This document shows positions 62,582 to 64,000 of a DNA stretch of 64,000 bases, piece by piece. Source of the DNA: Tricharina praecox. Lineage: Eukaryota. Position 1 is the first letter of the stretch; the number at the start of each line of letters is the position of its first letter. Below the pieces are notes generated by a model that saw nothing but the letters and a program-made list of their open reading frames with translations, made no database searches and had not been told where the DNA came from. The stretch covers positions 496,001 through 560,000 of the forward strand of contig NW_026250409.1 in assembly GCF_024521635.1 (NCBI RefSeq), given 5' to 3'. Made by a program: the position numbers and the translations under genes.

Positions 62582-64000
62582 CTACGAAGTTGGCACGAAA
62601 ACCCTGTCAATATCCGGGCCTGAACACCTCAACATCAGCACGTTTCCTCGTTTTATCGATTATAGACTCGGGCAACTCACCCCAACCGCCATCGACACCA
62701 GAGATGCGGATAGTATTGCTGGTGCCGGCATTCAGCTGTGCCGTGAAGCTGACGACCGCCGTCTCCTGCCCGGAACCACCAGGAATGAACGCCACGCGCT
62801 GGCCGACGCCGTTGACTTCGATCAGCGCAAACCGCTGCGTCGTGTCTCCGTTGGTATACCGCATGCGGATGGTGGTCCGCGTTGTGACGTCGCTCTGCAC
62901 GTTGCTGAATGTTACTGTCCCACTCGAGGTCCCGCCGATGTAGCCGACCGCGGACCCGCTGCACCCGCTGCACGTCACGGTTTGGGCGCCGCCGCCGAGA
63001 GTCGCCGATTCCGCTTCGTAGACGGTATCGCTAGGCGCCGCCGACCAGCTGCCTGAGGAGACGGAAGGTATCCAGTTGTAATACCAGGGCTGCCACGGGG
63101 TAAGTTAGCGAAGGCGAGTGATGACAGCGGGAAGGAGGAGTGCAGACCAGCGAAGCAGTGGTGCCGGAAACGGTCAGCGGAAGCCAGACGTATGTGGAGC
63201 GCATTAGATTTGACGAGACCCAGCGATCACCCATGTACCTGCTCGCGAGATCAGTGGAGCACTACAGCGTTTCGGAAATATCAATGCGAACATCGCAAAG
63301 CTGTTTGAGACGGGAAGAATGAATGACGTCTGAGACGTGTGCGTGAGGGTGCCGACGGGGGCAACTGCGGAGTCGTATTAGCTGGGTGGCTCCCGGACAT
63401 CCATCTACCGGTCCGTCACTCACAGGTGCTCCAGGCAGACCAGGGCCCGCTGAGACTGGTGGCGGTGGAGTAGAGATTGTCGTTCGCATCTGTCCGGCTC
63501 CGCAGTTAGACAAACACGTCCGACCATCCGGAGGAGGAGGAAAATTGCTTACTCCACCCCGTAAGCTTGCTCGCAAACATAAAGTACACGCCGTCTCGCT
63601 TCAGTATAGCCGGAGACTCGTACTTCTCCGCCCACGTATAGACTATACTCTCGACAGTGAGAAAGTCGCTCGATAGCTTCTCAATCCTCAATCCGTTGAC
63701 CCGCTATTCGAAGTCAGCAGGTGTTGCGGTCGTTACGAGCGGAGCCAAGCGGATTTTCTCACATCTTCAGTCAGAAGGTACGCGGAGCCATCGTCGTCTA
63801 CACGGAACGGTCAGCCGCCTCATTCGCCAGGACTCAGGATCCCGGGGGAGTCAGTGGAGCAGAACAGACCCTTATACATCCCGATATCGCGACTCTGGTA
63901 GCCCATCGGCTGGAAGCTTCCCTGGTAGGTATAGCTGCCACAGACGCTGTTTCCAACAGCGACGCCGACCTTTGCCTCGCCATAATTCGAGCTATCGATG
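62582..64000 (-). CDS. GH43 (subfamily 24-like, exo-beta-1,3-galactanase type) with C-terminal CBM35; 5' part lies outside the window; multi-intron
   Basis: GH43 motifs YGEAKVGVA, SRDIGMYKDDDGSAYLLTED, YESPAILKRDGVYFMFASKLTGW, SQT and YMGDRW...STYVWLP. CBM35 motifs YEAESATLGGGA...VGYIGG...GPDIDR. Stop at 62582. Confidence 0.88.

Overview
Eukaryotic DNA from a filamentous ascomycete: short GT-AG introns with CTRAY branch points and fungal-type proteins. A Pezizomycetes origin is only my impression. The window has three zones. (1) A gene-dense left arm, 1-27 kb: Alb1-like ribosome factor (truncated by the edge), DUF89/ARMT1 phosphatase, plant/Dictyostelium-type peroxisomal citrate synthase, WDR70, complex I B12 subunit, a BTB-like protein, two small spliced membrane proteins that the ORF track missed (a CYSTM protein and a PY-motif tail-anchored protein), Mid1, alpha-actinin, copper amine oxidase, a HeLo-like/STAND-N-terminal protein with a probable frameshift, and an intron-containing tRNA-Met. 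(2) A ~29 kb microsatellite-rich, almost gene-free tract, 27.3-56.4 kb, holding one CRIB-domain gene and dozens of copies of the heptamer TACTCTA/TAGAGTA. (3) A right arm with CTR9 (Paf1 complex), two small TA-flanked inverted-repeat elements, and a GH43_24/CBM35 galactanase (truncated by the edge). The strongest novel signal is in CTR9. Two of its introns are unusually long (628 and 379 nt), both fold into nested helices, both share a sequence motif, and both contain an internal AG|GT cryptic splice junction inside the structure. This may be an RNA-structure-based splicing switch or intronic ncRNAs. All calls were made by eye with no database search.
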